Source: a virus
DNA: 64,000 bases
Strand: one strand, 5' to 3'
Virus record (IMG/VR): IMGVR_UViG_3300015189_000002
Location: 2,452-66,451 of that record
Shown here: positions 11,501-19,685 of the stretch, piece by piece
How positions within the stretch are numbered: position 1 is the first letter of the stretch
Layout of the letters: every line of letters begins with the position of its first letter
Notes under the pieces: generated by a model
Told to the model about the DNA's origin: nothing
What the model saw: the letters and a program-made list of their open reading frames with translations, nothing else
Database searches by the model: none
Position numbers and translations under genes: made by a program

Positions 11501-12332
11501 TGACCTGTGCAGCCTCCTTAGTGGGAGACATGAGGCGCGAGATGATCGTCTTGATTGCGTTACCTGCCATCGCAGCCCCGCCTGCTGCGGGAACGAGTGC
11601 CGCCATCATGGCAGCCAAGTGACGCACATCAATACCAGCAGCTCGGGCTACGCCTGCAGCACGCTGAAAACCTTGCACCAGCCCCTGCATAGTGATACCA
11701 GTCTGGTTCTCTACCATATTCAAGACGTCGATAGTCTGCGACAACTCTTCGATCGACTGACCATACTGCGCCTGAATAGAAATCAGTGCGGTAGTAGCCT
11801 CAGCCTGACTCATCTCACCAAGGATCATCGTCTCCATAGTGAGTTTTGTAGCCTTGGCTAACGCAATACCTGATGATCCAGCGGCTGCCCAGTCTGCCGC
11901 GATGTTGGTTGTATCTGCCCTTGAGATACCAAACTGGTTTGACAGAGCTTCGAACGCCTTGCCGAGACTGACAATTTCTTTTTTGTAGAACGTTGCTCCG
12001 TTGGTTGAGTCACCGTAAACCTTTTTGACACGAACCATCGCGGCCTCGTTGTCAAGCGCCCACTTCGCTGCTAATCCACCTGCCAAGACAAGTGGGTAGG
12101 TAAAGTTCATCATCAGCATACGACCTGCATACTGAGTTGACATGCCCCACTTGGTCATCGCAGAGCCCATAGTAGACAAGCGAGTCGACATCGCCTGACC
12201 TGCTTTATTGGCTGCGACAGAACCTGCTATTGAACCAGACGATACAGCTGCTTCAGCGGCCCTGAGTTTTGCGAGCTCCCCCATAGCCTGAGCAGTCATC
12301 ACACGGACCTGAATGTTCAAGTAGGCGTTAAT
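5598..12332 (-). CDS. Tape measure protein with C-terminal lytic-transglycosylase (lysozyme-like) domain; start codon uncertain
   Basis: Over 2200 aa. Has a TP901-type TMP core (ALDNEAAMVRVKKVY...), 44-aa Trp repeats near 7120-7390, and a C-terminal LWNGESGWN...AYGIPQSLPGSKM...QMDWGLKYIKNR motif. The ORF-track start (12434) lies inside a hairpin/promoter and looks too far upstream. Confidence 0.92.
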   Translation of the reverse strand: MNAYLNIQVRVMTAQAMGELAKLRAAEAAVSSGSIAGSVAANKAGQAMSTRLSTMGSAMTKWGMSTQYAGRMLMMNFTYPLVLAGGLAAKWALDNEAAMVRVKKVYGDSTNGATFYKKEIVSLGKAFEALSNQFGISRADTTNIAADWAAAGSSGIALAKATKLTMETMILGEMSQAEATTALISIQAQYGQSIEELSQTIDVLNMVENQTGITMQGLVQGFQRAAGVARAAGIDVRHLAAMMAALVPAAGGAAMAGNAIKTIISRLMSPTKEAAQVMGLFGINVKAASWQAMNGSQQIEFLAGKYKNLSDKQKIVVSTTLGSRFQMNKLIVLLTDVNNKTGYYHKSLDSTAKSSLNLKQRTAELNMVLDSNPRKLEIIKTNLQNMMTDVIQPLLPIIVGLAGELVNLFKWFQNLNPSLQKFIGVSLLGLAVLGPLLRYLGSFKTMLGFIFKWAGNATKVIGWLMTGLWKLASAPFRLIWIGLSGIGNAVKSMASMVWSGVKAAIAGIGALFTSLFSGSAVEVATVDATGKELVLSTQATTTAVIGSWEEVTVGIETVVTALHEYLITGWSVVYTDLLGVTTVFSTDLVRIWAGTGTTLEAFLIALHEYWLTGWTVLYTNLLGITTGYSTELVVIWDAAGVALFTSWVAMWAAIEGATAASLVVINEYLMTFWATLSGQMLAIETGLSTALVTTWTAMWAEMTAISGAAEVILEGEWWVTTTAIEAGAIEMAVIVTAATQEMAGAVALAGAEIATVGPAVVTGFAGIGPKILAFVRGIGPAIARAFQWMGGTILGIWRLMGEGILTAIRAIGLKALGLWGLIISIILGLMYSFRTQIKDVWFSIVDWFNSNVVAIAGAFRPLVDFFNSIVDNIEKAFWRLPQGITSAFMSVVNIVRTAALKVREFMSYLNPFQRHSPSLVDNVKGGMRVVKAEHKAVGKTNPLAKATQHLDAYKAASGGLVSSGGSGGFADELANVTKSLPSMLPMFNTLIGDLGRMNSLLNVQKAAVDGQQRVVDAWQLKLDAANKALDTQSKTLDGLQKHLDSLTTAYDAHKAAMEGYANAPIQGMKAMNDAIWANDQAQKALQLRMLDMGSTQNLDKLRAKYAALQGDIEMLSAKSTDLRMAGAGSDITGPIDAQIKALQAQQVAVDNNAAPLQALQNQLDALGVAAQKLDLENALKFGPLQKQVTDLTGSMKELPFSEIIAGVQKEQGAMNAMQPSIDAATAAVDAQKTVVDRLTAARDAVSASYDTENAKLKTLNDTYQQTKNLVDEITSSLHDMGSAASAADTAKKAKKAKKLVLTPGGQNFVDSALGNFPDVGGTGKKIGRELLPGQKPSDLGKDQSKAIDEWVKQNTKDMSKAFGNIDMFAPIKNAWNKGWKWMETNVGPVLAPIGNLLKSAWSGIVAGASFFDPSSLINGFLGMFSGLGDTLKGWWDGVVAIFKLFQPDITKIFAVIVEAGKKIWNEIGPELQKFGPVFGNLKQAFTNIWTIITHLWTAISPLVALIGGLLLGAIKVIVSVVANVLKPILDTIIDVFKGVIQVIRGVIEIVVGVFAGDWRQAWQGVQDIFAGVWEAIFGVLEGAVKVIWGFVSGLVVGVVGFFKWLYDTIIGHSIIPDLINGIVNWFKNLIPWVVTHVTTLVTSVVSWFASLPQKAWTALTKLATKLGESATTAFAALASKASAGWTTFATWVTGLPQKAWTAISGLAAKLGSAATTAFAALGTKASAGWTTFATWVTGLPQKAWTAISGLAGKLSSAAGSAFQALKDKAVSMVEGKGGFMSWITGIPGKVAKGLGAIGGTVAGALKSAWNGVADWLNKNGIARINGLLKPFHFSLGTIPRFAKGGVVGGPASKTDNQIVAVRGGEGIVVPEAVRALGGARGIAALNAAALHGKGISDYIKASGMRGYAGGGTILGGATDIYGNPLSVGGKAGGIRAGTTGGWLGTGNPLDLIKQGLGKALKFTMDSLATGVAAVIPGKPFIESFMVGMLHNLGNKFGSWGTKQEPPVPTGGNMGAGTANAAANQRAAAVMIGAYGWGPGQMNSLIPLWNGESGWNQFASNGNSGPDSGSAYGIPQSLPGSKMASSGADWRTNPITQMDWGLKYIKNRPDYGSPAAAYRAWSARSPHWYDEGGWMKPGDSGMNGSTKPEPVFTASQWVTLSSLVAVSTNVLKSLTTGDGALGIGLRGAALVNVQTRMGNGSSDSSTTTVKPNRSSIHFHGDLSFPNIKNGDDAKSFIRNLESLAG

Positions 12333-12393
12333 AACGATACCCCAGACTTTGTAGTCTAAACTGGGCCTCGCATGTGCCCGACACGTAAGACTG

Positions 12394-12421
12394 ATTATAC
12401 AGGAGTGCCCCCCATACGCAA
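12394..12421 (-). promoter_or_regulatory. Sigma70/sigA-like promoter upstream of the tape measure gene
   Basis: TTGCGT-16 nt-TATAAT on the minus strand, overlapping a 16-bp hairpin (12402-12437) that contains G-T wobble pairs. Confidence 0.45.
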
Positions 12422-12439
12422 GCATGAGAGGCACTCCGG

Positions 12440-13209
12440 TTACCGATTGCGCGCTTGGTTCTTTGCTTTTCGAGCTTCTCGGTCCCTATCGGCTTCATCT
12501 TTCTCTTGCTTCGCGGCCTCATAAGAGTTTCGCGCTGAGAAAATCATCTGAAACCCGTCCAGCAAACGAGGGTCTTGGGCGTATATCCCACCCGGTTCTG
12601 GAAGGTGCGCCCACTTCATACTTTCACACAGGACGAACATTCTCAGGATCGGATGGGCGTTCGTGACTGATCCGCCGCTAACGAACTCCTCTACTTGCTG
12701 GACGAACTCGCTTCCCCCGACTCACGCGCCTCTGCAGCCTTTCGCAACTCACCGAGGTTCTCGAGCTCACGGTCGATGTCCTCGACGCTCATGTCTGTCA
12801 TCAGCCAAGGATTGGCCTTGCGGATTGCCACCTCGAGCTCTTCAATGAGCTTCGGGTTCGCGAGCTCCAGAAAGTCGGAAAGCGCCTTGTTGCCGAACGG
12901 GATTGGGTCGCCATTGCCGCCGCGAACGAGGTTCCAACCGCTTACACTCTGATTGATCAGAATGTGACGCTCGAGACTCGGGTCCACCTTCATTCGGGCG
13001 TTACCCGACTGACGCTCAAGAATGAGATCGCGCTGGGTGAGCTTCTGGAACTTGGCTTTTTTGCCCTCATTCATCACCTCGAACTGAATGTAGGTGATGC
13101 CGTCGGGGAAGGTGAAGCGCTCACTGCTCGCGAAGCCGAAGTAGTCCATCTGCATCGGTGCGACTGGAGTGTCAGATGCTGGTTTCATGGGGACGTCAAG
13201 TGATACCAT
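12440..13209 (-). CDS. Tail assembly chaperone, frameshifted long form (gpGT-like)
   Basis: The -1 frame from the slippery site reads openly GSEFVQQVEEFVSGGSVTNAHPILR into MFVLCESMKWAHLPEPGGIYAQDP (ORF 12440-12640). Confidence 0.85.
12691..13209 (-). CDS. Tail assembly chaperone (gpG-like)
   Basis: 172 aa between the major tail and tape measure genes; ends just past a slippery heptamer. Confidence 0.85.
   Translation of the reverse strand: MVSLDVPMKPASDTPVAPMQMDYFGFASSERFTFPDGITYIQFEVMNEGKKAKFQKLTQRDLILERQSGNARMKVDPSLERHILINQSVSGWNLVRGGNGDPIPFGNKALSDFLELANPKLIEELEVAIRKANPWLMTDMSVEDIDRELENLGELRKAAEARESGEASSSSK
12712..12718 (-). other. Programmed -1 ribosomal frameshift site GGGGGAA
   Basis: Minus strand reads TCG GGG GAA GCG, the same heptamer class as actinophage tail-chaperone frameshifts, and a -1 shift joins the two ORFs. 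Confidence 0.85.
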
Positions 13210-13265
13210 TGTTGTAACCTGTGACCCTTTCTTAGGTCTATGGGTTCTCTCTGTGGGGGTGTTGC

Positions 13266-13305
13266 CGGTGGCCCATACCCACTAGAGAGTGGATACGGGC
13301 CACCG
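13266..13305 (-). terminator. Long stem-loop after the major tail gene
   Basis: CGGTGGCCC...CCACT AGAG AGTGG...GGGCCACCG inverted repeat just 3' of the stop; no clear U-tract. Confidence 0.4.
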
Positions 13306-13316
13306 TGGAACGAGTG

Positions 13317-14342
13317 CTACATGATAGTTGCGCCGGTGACTCCCGTCTTGAGAACCGCCGTGATGATCGAAGTTCCGACTACTGGACGAACCGCTGTGCC
13401 AGCGACATCATCTTCGATGATGTCATCACCCGAGGGGCCGAAGCTGTACGGCTTCAGGACGAAGTTCGGAATGGTGATCGTGAGGGTGTACTTGGTGCCA
13501 GTCGGAGTCGCACCGACCACATCCTCGTAGGTGGTCATGGTGATGACCAGTGGAGCGTGAGTCACGATTCCGCCGGGGGAGGTGGACGCCGCCAAGCCGT
13601 AGGTCGCCTGACGCCACAGGGCGCTGGAGATCTCACGAATGTTGAAGGTTGCGCCGATCTCACGGCGCTTAGCAGTCAGGTCACCGAGGTAGAACGATCC
13701 GAGTCGGAAGTCCTTGTCGTCGAAGTTGTTGTTGATGTCCAACGTGAACTTTTTGGCAGGCAGTGCTACCGAGTTGTACGTCAGTGCAACGTTGGTGCCG
13801 ACGAACATCGGAGTCTGATCCATCTTGACTGAAGCAACTGTCTTGGTTGCACCAGCGACCTGCTTGTCGGAGATGAGGCCGACCTTGCAAGTCAGGTAAC
13901 CGTTCGCGTCCGACTCAAGGTGGAACGTATTGACAACTGCGTCGGTGTAGTTGTACGTCTCCAGCGTGCCACCGATGTTCTCCTCAATGGAGAGGTATGG
14001 CAGAACACCTGAGTCAAGCGGCGTGATGGTATGGGTCGTCAAACCAGTGAGAGTGACTGGCGCTGCAGCGACTCCGAGACATGCCTTCAGGAAGGTCGCC
14101 ATCGCATCCGTGCGTGCGTAGAAGTCATAGTCCCCTGCCCAAGAGACGGCCCCGAGGTAGCCATCGACTACGTCTCGACCACCACCGATCTCGGGGTCTG
14201 CGATGAGCAGATCGCGGTTGCTCCCCATCGAACCAGACTTGATCTTGACGCCAACACCAGCGGTTCCTGTGTCAGCATTGTACGTGCCTTGAATGGCCTG
14301 GCTGCGAACAATGATCTGGCCAGACTGCGAAGAAAATCCCAT
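13317..14342 (-). CDS. Major tail (tube) protein
   Basis: 341 aa upstream of the chaperone. Tail-tube-like motifs DLLIADPEIGGGRD, LPYLSIEENIG and INNNFDDKDFRLG; strong GC3 codon bias. Confidence 0.85.
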   Translation of the reverse strand: MGFSSQSGQIIVRSQAIQGTYNADTGTAGVGVKIKSGSMGSNRDLLIADPEIGGGRDVVDGYLGAVSWAGDYDFYARTDAMATFLKACLGVAAAPVTLTGLTTHTITPLDSGVLPYLSIEENIGGTLETYNYTDAVVNTFHLESDANGYLTCKVGLISDKQVAGATKTVASVKMDQTPMFVGTNVALTYNSVALPAKKFTLDINNNFDDKDFRLGSFYLGDLTAKRREIGATFNIREISSALWRQATYGLAASTSPGGIVTHAPLVITMTTYEDVVGATPTGTKYTLTITIPNFVLKPYSFGPSGDDIIEDDVAGTAVRPVVGTSIITAVLKTGVTGATIM

Positions 14343-14356
14343 GTCTCAGTTCCTCC

Positions 14357-14677
14357 TTACTTCGTCGAGTCGGAGCTGGCAGCCGTGGCTGCTTTCTCTG
14401 CAGCCTTCTGCTGCGCGACAGCAACCGCCATGTCGTCCTTTGCGGCCTGCAGGGGAGCATCTACTCCACCCTTGACTGCACTGACCTTGCTGTCGGCGAG
14501 GGCTGCAGCAAGCTGCATCTCCAGCCGAACTCGCTCCACGTCCAGCTGGGAGGCGACGATGTCGTTCTCCAGGGCCTTCTCGTGAATCTCTCGCTTCGTG
14601 TTGGCGTCAGCAACCTGCTGACGAAGCTCCACGACCTTGTCTTTCTTCTGCTGCAACTCTTCGTCAGTGGTGGGCAC
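14357..14677 (-). CDS. Hypothetical coiled-coil protein
   Basis: 106 aa, helical and Ala/Gln-rich; start overlaps the upstream stop; in the structural operon. Confidence 0.7.
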   Translation of the reverse strand: MPTTDEELQQKKDKVVELRQQVADANTKREIHEKALENDIVASQLDVERVRLEMQLAAALADSKVSAVKGGVDAPLQAAKDDMAVAVAQQKAAEKAATAASSDSTK

Positions 14678-15168
14678 TAGACAGTCTCCGTTTCAAGCCA
14701 GAACTCGAGTGTGGACAAATACAGAAAATCTCCAGCGATCTCGTTACTGAAGTAACGCTGGTTCGTGATTCCGAACCTCTGTGTCCGCTCAGTGCTGCCA
14801 CTCAAAGTGACCGACAGCGCCTGTAATCCTACACGCAAGGGCGTGTCGCGGTACAGCGTAGCCCGAATCAGCTTGGAGAGGACCGAATGGATAGCCAGCC
14901 CTCTTTCTTCATCGGTATCCTTCACGAACGCTTGCACGCCGATAAGATACTTTCCTACTGTTGGCTCGCTAGAACCAGAACCATTACCCATCTCTAACGA
15001 GTGCTCATCAGGCAACCAGTGTTGCGCGATTATGCCAAACGACTGTTGCGGGTCACTGGCACGAAGTGGGCGCTTGTAACCTCGCAGGTCTGAATCAATA
15101 AGACCAATGCGAGTAAACAACAAGTCGACCACATTATTTGGAAAGACCGCCGTGCTGGTGGTAATCAC
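14677..15168 (-). CDS. Putative tail terminator / head-tail joining protein
   Basis: 163 aa; position before the major tail gene; coupled start/stop. Confidence 0.55.
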   Translation of the reverse strand: MITTSTAVFPNNVVDLLFTRIGLIDSDLRGYKRPLRASDPQQSFGIIAQHWLPDEHSLEMGNGSGSSEPTVGKYLIGVQAFVKDTDEERGLAIHSVLSKLIRATLYRDTPLRVGLQALSVTLSGSTERTQRFGITNQRYFSNEIAGDFLYLSTLEFWLETETV

Positions 15169-15668
15169 AGCATCATCGACTTAACAAAGAAGCCGGAGAG
15201 GGTCGCAAGAATATAAGTCAAGTCCTTTTCGTTCATGCCGAGGACTGGACGTGGTAAAGTCTCAGGGTAATCCTTACCCTGCTGGGCTGTGGTAACCTTG
15301 GTCAACAGTGATCCAGTTGGCTCGTTACCCGGCAAAGTAAGGGTCGCACCATTCGCTGGATCAACGAACATTGAGTTCGGAGAGTCTACAATGTACCTTT
15401 CAAGCGCGCCCGAGCGCACGTTAATTGGATGCGCTGGACTGTAACCCATGTTCTGTCGAATGTCCTCGGTGTCTGGAGACAGGGGGAGCCACTGTCCAAC
15501 GACATCGTCACCCTCGTTATCAAAGCGGGCTTTTGCTCTTCCACGAAGATAAGGGTCAGTTGATTCAGTCAAAAAGCCTGCTATCGCACCGGGATTCAGT
15601 GCGGTATCGAGACGCATCATCATCGTCTGAACGTTTTGATCCTCGGCGATGAACTGAAAGACTGCCAT
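15165..15668 (-). CDS. Virion morphogenesis / tail completion protein (Mu gpG-like)
   Basis: 167 aa with RFDNEGDDVVGQWLPLS, INVRSGAL and LPRPVLGM motifs. Confidence 0.65.
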   Translation of the reverse strand: MAVFQFIAEDQNVQTMMMRLDTALNPGAIAGFLTESTDPYLRGRAKARFDNEGDDVVGQWLPLSPDTEDIRQNMGYSPAHPINVRSGALERYIVDSPNSMFVDPANGATLTLPGNEPTGSLLTKVTTAQQGKDYPETLPRPVLGMNEKDLTYILATLSGFFVKSMML

Positions 15669-16201
15669 CAGCCCTCGTTACCCTGCGGGTTGTAATACGG
15701 GCCGATATACACGCTCTGACCTTGAGCTGGGTACTTATACATGGGGTTGACGATGCGGTCGTAGAAAGCATCGACTGCAGACTCACTATCCTTGTTTGCT
15801 ATAATTCCCAGTTTTACTGCGTCTGGACCAGGGCCGAGAGTATTTGTTGTCACACCAGCCAGAATGATGTTACCTTTGACGATTTCGGTTATCGCGTGCT
15901 GAGCGCCCTCTTCAAGCGATTGACCATAAGCATGAAGATTCTTACTTTCAACCGATAGGGTCGCGGCCATGATGAGCCGACCCGAGGCAAGATGAGAACA
16001 GATACGCTTGAGGAGGAGGGCGACAGGGCGCGGCGTTGGGAGATTGATACTGACTGGCGTGTCATAGACAAAGCCAATCTTAGAGTCGATCTCATCGGAT
16101 GCGTCATTCACGTACTTCAACGGATCAAGCAGCGCCGAAGTCGATATGTCGCCAAGTAGAAGGTCGGCTACTTCACAATACGTGTTCCCTACGCGAGCCA
16201 C
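15668..16201 (-). CDS. Head-tail adaptor (Mu gp36/DUF1320-like)
   Basis: YCEVADLL...ASDEIDSKIGFVYDTP...LLKRICSHLA motif pattern; located after the capsid gene. Confidence 0.65.
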   Translation of the reverse strand: MARVGNTYCEVADLLLGDISTSALLDPLKYVNDASDEIDSKIGFVYDTPVSINLPTPRPVALLLKRICSHLASGRLIMAATLSVESKNLHAYGQSLEEGAQHAITEIVKGNIILAGVTTNTLGPGPDAVKLGIIANKDSESAVDAFYDRIVNPMYKYPAQGQSVYIGPYYNPQGNEG

Positions 16202-16239
16202 TGTCGCCCTCCTCTCTCAGTTGAACTGGTAATACAGAG

Positions 16240-16482
16240 CTACGGACGCTCGTTGTCGCCCGACCTGCCGGGAACGGGATCAACTCCCTGGTAGCCATCC
16301 TTGTCAGCCGAGTGATCCGGCTGCAGTACAACGGTACCTCGAAAGGCACCGTAGCCTTCAGTCGACTCTTCCTGACTGATCTCTTCGACCTTGGCCTGCT
16401 TGCGACCGGCATCAGGAACTGCCAGCTTCGGCTCTTCGGTCTTCGACTCTTCCTTCTTCGGCTCTGCTGGTTTGTCGGTCAT
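16240..16482 (-). CDS. Small acidic hypothetical protein
   Basis: 80 aa with an AGGAG Shine-Dalgarno; lies between the capsid and adaptor genes. Confidence 0.6.
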   Translation of the reverse strand: MTDKPAEPKKEESKTEEPKLAVPDAGRKQAKVEEISQEESTEGYGAFRGTVVLQPDHSADKDGYQGVDPVPGRSGDNERP

Positions 16483-16516
16483 GCCTACTCCTTCTCGTTG
16501 TTTTAGTACTTCCAGC

Positions 16517-16558
16517 CCCCGGTCGCTGAGGCGAGTTTCTGGACCTCAGCGACCGGGG
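16517..16558 (-). terminator. Perfect 15-bp stem-loop after the major capsid gene
   Basis: CCCCGGTCGCTGAGG-12 nt-CCTCAGCGACCGGGG, about 10 nt after the stop codon. Confidence 0.55.
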
Positions 16559-16568
16559 AGTGCAGGGA

Positions 16569-17759
16569 CTACATCGGGTAGAAGCCGCCGACTGTCGTGC
16601 CAGACGTGGCCAGAACGTCCATGACGTAGGAGTACTCCATGTACGGAAAGACCGGGAACGCCTTGATGCCTGAACCGCGAACAGTCATCCAGGGATCGCG
16701 CGTCTCGTTCTCCCACTCGTACCAGCCACTGGACCAGTTGCCCTCGGGGTGAGGTGCCGTGAGCACCTTACCGAAGCCGATCTGCGTGTCGTCCACGATG
16801 CCGAGGTCGTTCTCGTCCGGCAGGAAGATGACCTTGTCGTCGGCGGTGAATCGAGTGTTTGCCCAGGTCGTTGCGCCGATGGCACGAGTACGGTAGTACC
16901 CGTCGTAGACGGTGAACTTGACGCCAGTCGCCCGCTCCACGATGGCCAGTGCGCCCTCGGGAGTGTAGCCCGACAGGCCCAGGTACATCGGGTCCAGCGG
17001 GATCGAGGTGGTTGCTCCAGCGAGGACCGGCATACCGACGGCTGCCAGGAACTTGTCCGACTTCCACAGGTTGTGAACCGCACGAAGCGAGATGATGGCA
17101 CGCTTCGGCTTCACGCCGTAGCGGTCATACATCAAGAGCTGCATGGCGATGATGTCACCGATGGGGTCTGACGCTGCAGTTCCCCACAAGCCGCCGGGAG
17201 GCGCAACGTCCTGCTGATCAACAGGACGACCGTAGTCGACGGCGAACTTGATCTTGCCGTCGTTGTAGGTGATCTTGCCGGTCTGGAGGGCGGACGTGAT
17301 GAGCCATTCAATACGGTTGTCGAGCTTGCGCTTGCGAAGCGCATCGTGCCGAGCCAGACGACTCTGGAAGTCATCCACGGTGCGACCGACGAAGTTCAGC
17401 GGCAGGTTGCCACCGGAGATCGCGCCAGCAGTTGCCTGCTGAAGGAACAGACCCTCACGGTAGCGAGTGACATCAGAAGCGGTGTACTTGTCCTTGAGGG
17501 ACCAGTCGATGACTGCGGCGCGACCCGTACCGAACAGCAGCTCGTCCTTCTGAGCAAGCTCAGCCTCTGCGTCCTCGGCGCGTGCCGGGGCCAGACCTTC
17601 CTGCAGGCCACCCTTGATGTACTCGAAGATCACATCGTCGGTGGCAACGTCGAGGAACGGCACCAGCTGCAGGCCGATGTGCGAGTTGGGCGGCAGCATC
17701 TCGCGGATTGCGCCGAGAGCCACCTCTTTGCGAACAAGGCGATCAAGTGAAACAGCCAT
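16569..17759 (-). CDS. Major capsid protein (lambda gpE-like family)
   Basis: 396 aa after the protease and decoration genes. Motifs RIEWLITSALQTGKITY, VDYGRP, DPIGDI and FPVFP; very strong codon bias. Confidence 0.9.
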   Translation of the reverse strand: MAVSLDRLVRKEVALGAIREMLPPNSHIGLQLVPFLDVATDDVIFEYIKGGLQEGLAPARAEDAEAELAQKDELLFGTGRAAVIDWSLKDKYTASDVTRYREGLFLQQATAGAISGGNLPLNFVGRTVDDFQSRLARHDALRKRKLDNRIEWLITSALQTGKITYNDGKIKFAVDYGRPVDQQDVAPPGGLWGTAASDPIGDIIAMQLLMYDRYGVKPKRAIISLRAVHNLWKSDKFLAAVGMPVLAGATTSIPLDPMYLGLSGYTPEGALAIVERATGVKFTVYDGYYRTRAIGATTWANTRFTADDKVIFLPDENDLGIVDDTQIGFGKVLTAPHPEGNWSSGWYEWENETRDPWMTVRGSGIKAFPVFPYMEYSYVMDVLATSGTTVGGFYPM

Positions 17760-17777
17760 TTGAGTGTTCGCTCCTTT

Positions 17778-18239
17778 CTACTTGAAGAGGATCTGCAGGG
17801 ACTTGGTGCCGCGCATCGCGTCTGCGGTGGCGTTGGACAGTGGGACGACTGCGCCGGCTGCGTTCGTCTCGAAACACCACGCCTGGACTGCAACGCAGCC
17901 ATAGACAGCGGCGATCTCAACGTCGCGCTCAATGAGCTGCCACGGGAGGAAGGTGTCATTGATGCCGACGATATTGGCCGCGAGCTGGCGACCGTCGACG
18001 AGGCCAGTCAGAACCGAGTATGGGCCGACCTTGCCGATGTCGGCACCGGAGGTGATCTTGGCGAGAACAGTGCCAGGCTGCAAGATCTTTTGGTTTGCGA
18101 AGCCGTCGATGGTGACGCCAGGAACAGACGATGCGGCGAGCGTGTATGAGTCAGTGAGAGGCTTCGGGTTTGTGCTCCGAAGGTACTCGTTTCGACCAAA
18201 CGGGGTACGGATGCCGCCGCCCTTGACGAAGGTGCTCAT
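17778..18239 (-). CDS. Capsid decoration protein (gpD-like)
   Basis: 153 aa immediately upstream of the capsid gene; ILQPGTVLAKITSG...GKVGPY motif. Confidence 0.75.
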   Translation of the reverse strand: MSTFVKGGGIRTPFGRNEYLRSTNPKPLTDSYTLAASSVPGVTIDGFANQKILQPGTVLAKITSGADIGKVGPYSVLTGLVDGRQLAANIVGINDTFLPWQLIERDVEIAAVYGCVAVQAWCFETNAAGAVVPLSNATADAMRGTKSLQILFK

Positions 18240-18257
18240 GCTTGTGTTCTCCTTGTC

Positions 18258-19634
18258 TTAGAGCTGGAAGGTTGTGTCGAGCTTCATGAGCTCGTTGTAC
18301 GAGTCGGTCGCCTTGATCTGCTCGACCGGCATCCCGGAGCGCTTGTGCTGCCCCACGATGGCTCGAACGATGTCAAGTCGCTCGTCCTGCTGCCCGGCAT
18401 CACCATTGAGGTTGGTGTTGCCGCCGGTGTGGTTGCCAAGCAGGGGAAGAGTGACTGCAACGTCCCACGTCGCCGTCCAGCCTTCGTACTGAGCGTCGGA
18501 CAGGCTTGCGACGAACGTCTCAAGACCACCGATCTGTGCGGCACCGATCGTGTTACTGCTCGCCAGAGAAGCAACGAAGTTTTTGCGCGCTGCCGACTTG
18601 GTTTCCGTCTGGAAACCCTCCAGCGTTGCGATGTAGGTCTTGATGGCAGTTGCATCAGTCACCTGGACTCCGGCGATGTTCACAACAAGCTCACCAGCCT
18701 TGTTGCTGGGGGTGATGCCGAGCTTCGCAGCGGCAGACTCAGCTGCCTTGGCAGCCTCAATCGCCTCGCGCTCTGCCTTGTCGTCTGCGAGGGCCTTGGC
18801 GACTGCGTCGTCAACGACCTTTTTCGCGGCAGCTTCGGTCGCCAACTGCTCGGCGGCCAGCTCTTCGGGGGTCTTCGGCATGTGAGCCTCCTTGACTCTA
18901 TTGGAAAGCACACGCTCACGGACTGATTCCGGAGATGGCGCGTCGCTTCTTCCAGCATGGTTGAAAATGGACAGGTCCCACTTGTTCTTCGCCTTGGTGC
19001 CTTCGCCGGAAACTGTGTCAGCCAGACCAGCGTCGACAGCCTCTTGTGCGGTGTACCAAGTTTCTTCTTGCATGAAGGCACGCCAGTCTTCGATCGTACC
19101 CCCAGCTCTTTGGGCGTAGATGTCAGCGATGTTGTTTGACAACTTGCCAAGCAGGTTTGCGGTGTCCAGCATGTCCTGCTGGTTCCCCATACAGATAGCA
19201 CCTGCATCGTGGATCATCATGGTCGCATTACGAGACATGGCAACAGTGTCACCAGCCTGCGCAATGAAGGATGCAGCAGACGCCGCTAAAGAGTCGACAA
19301 ACACATTGACTGTAGAGGGATGGGCCTTGAGCGCGTTGTAGATCGCTACTGCATCAAAAACCTCACCACCGGGACTGTTCAAATGAAGGTCAATGTTGGC
19401 AGTATCAATCGCCATCATCTGCTTCACGAAGTCTTGCGCATTGGTTCCCCACATGCCGATCTCATCATAGATGAGAACTTCAGTGGTCGAGGTATCTTTG
19501 GCTTTATTACTGATCTTGAACCAGCTCTTGTCTTCTTCAACATGAGTCATGAGGTCAGTCACAGCGCGCTGGTCGGGGAAAGCCTTGCGGTAGTCCTCCA
19601 GGGGGATACTGCCGCGTGCCTTTGGTCTTGTCAT
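18258..19634 (-). CDS. ClpP-type capsid maturation protease fused to scaffold domain
   Basis: IYDEIG, LHLNSPGGEVF, LAASAAS (Ser), MMIHDA (His) and ETWYTAQEAVDAGLAD; helical Ala/Lys-rich C-terminal half. Confidence 0.9.
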   Translation of the reverse strand: MTRPKARGSIPLEDYRKAFPDQRAVTDLMTHVEEDKSWFKISNKAKDTSTTEVLIYDEIGMWGTNAQDFVKQMMAIDTANIDLHLNSPGGEVFDAVAIYNALKAHPSTVNVFVDSLAASAASFIAQAGDTVAMSRNATMMIHDAGAICMGNQQDMLDTANLLGKLSNNIADIYAQRAGGTIEDWRAFMQEETWYTAQEAVDAGLADTVSGEGTKAKNKWDLSIFNHAGRSDAPSPESVRERVLSNRVKEAHMPKTPEELAAEQLATEAAAKKVVDDAVAKALADDKAEREAIEAAKAAESAAAKLGITPSNKAGELVVNIAGVQVTDATAIKTYIATLEGFQTETKSAARKNFVASLASSNTIGAAQIGGLETFVASLSDAQYEGWTATWDVAVTLPLLGNHTGGNTNLNGDAGQQDERLDIVRAIVGQHKRSGMPVEQIKATDSYNELMKLDTTFQL

Positions 19635-19685
19635 GTTGAGTGCACTTTACCCTCTTTGTTGGGTACGAATCAAGCGTGAGCGATG

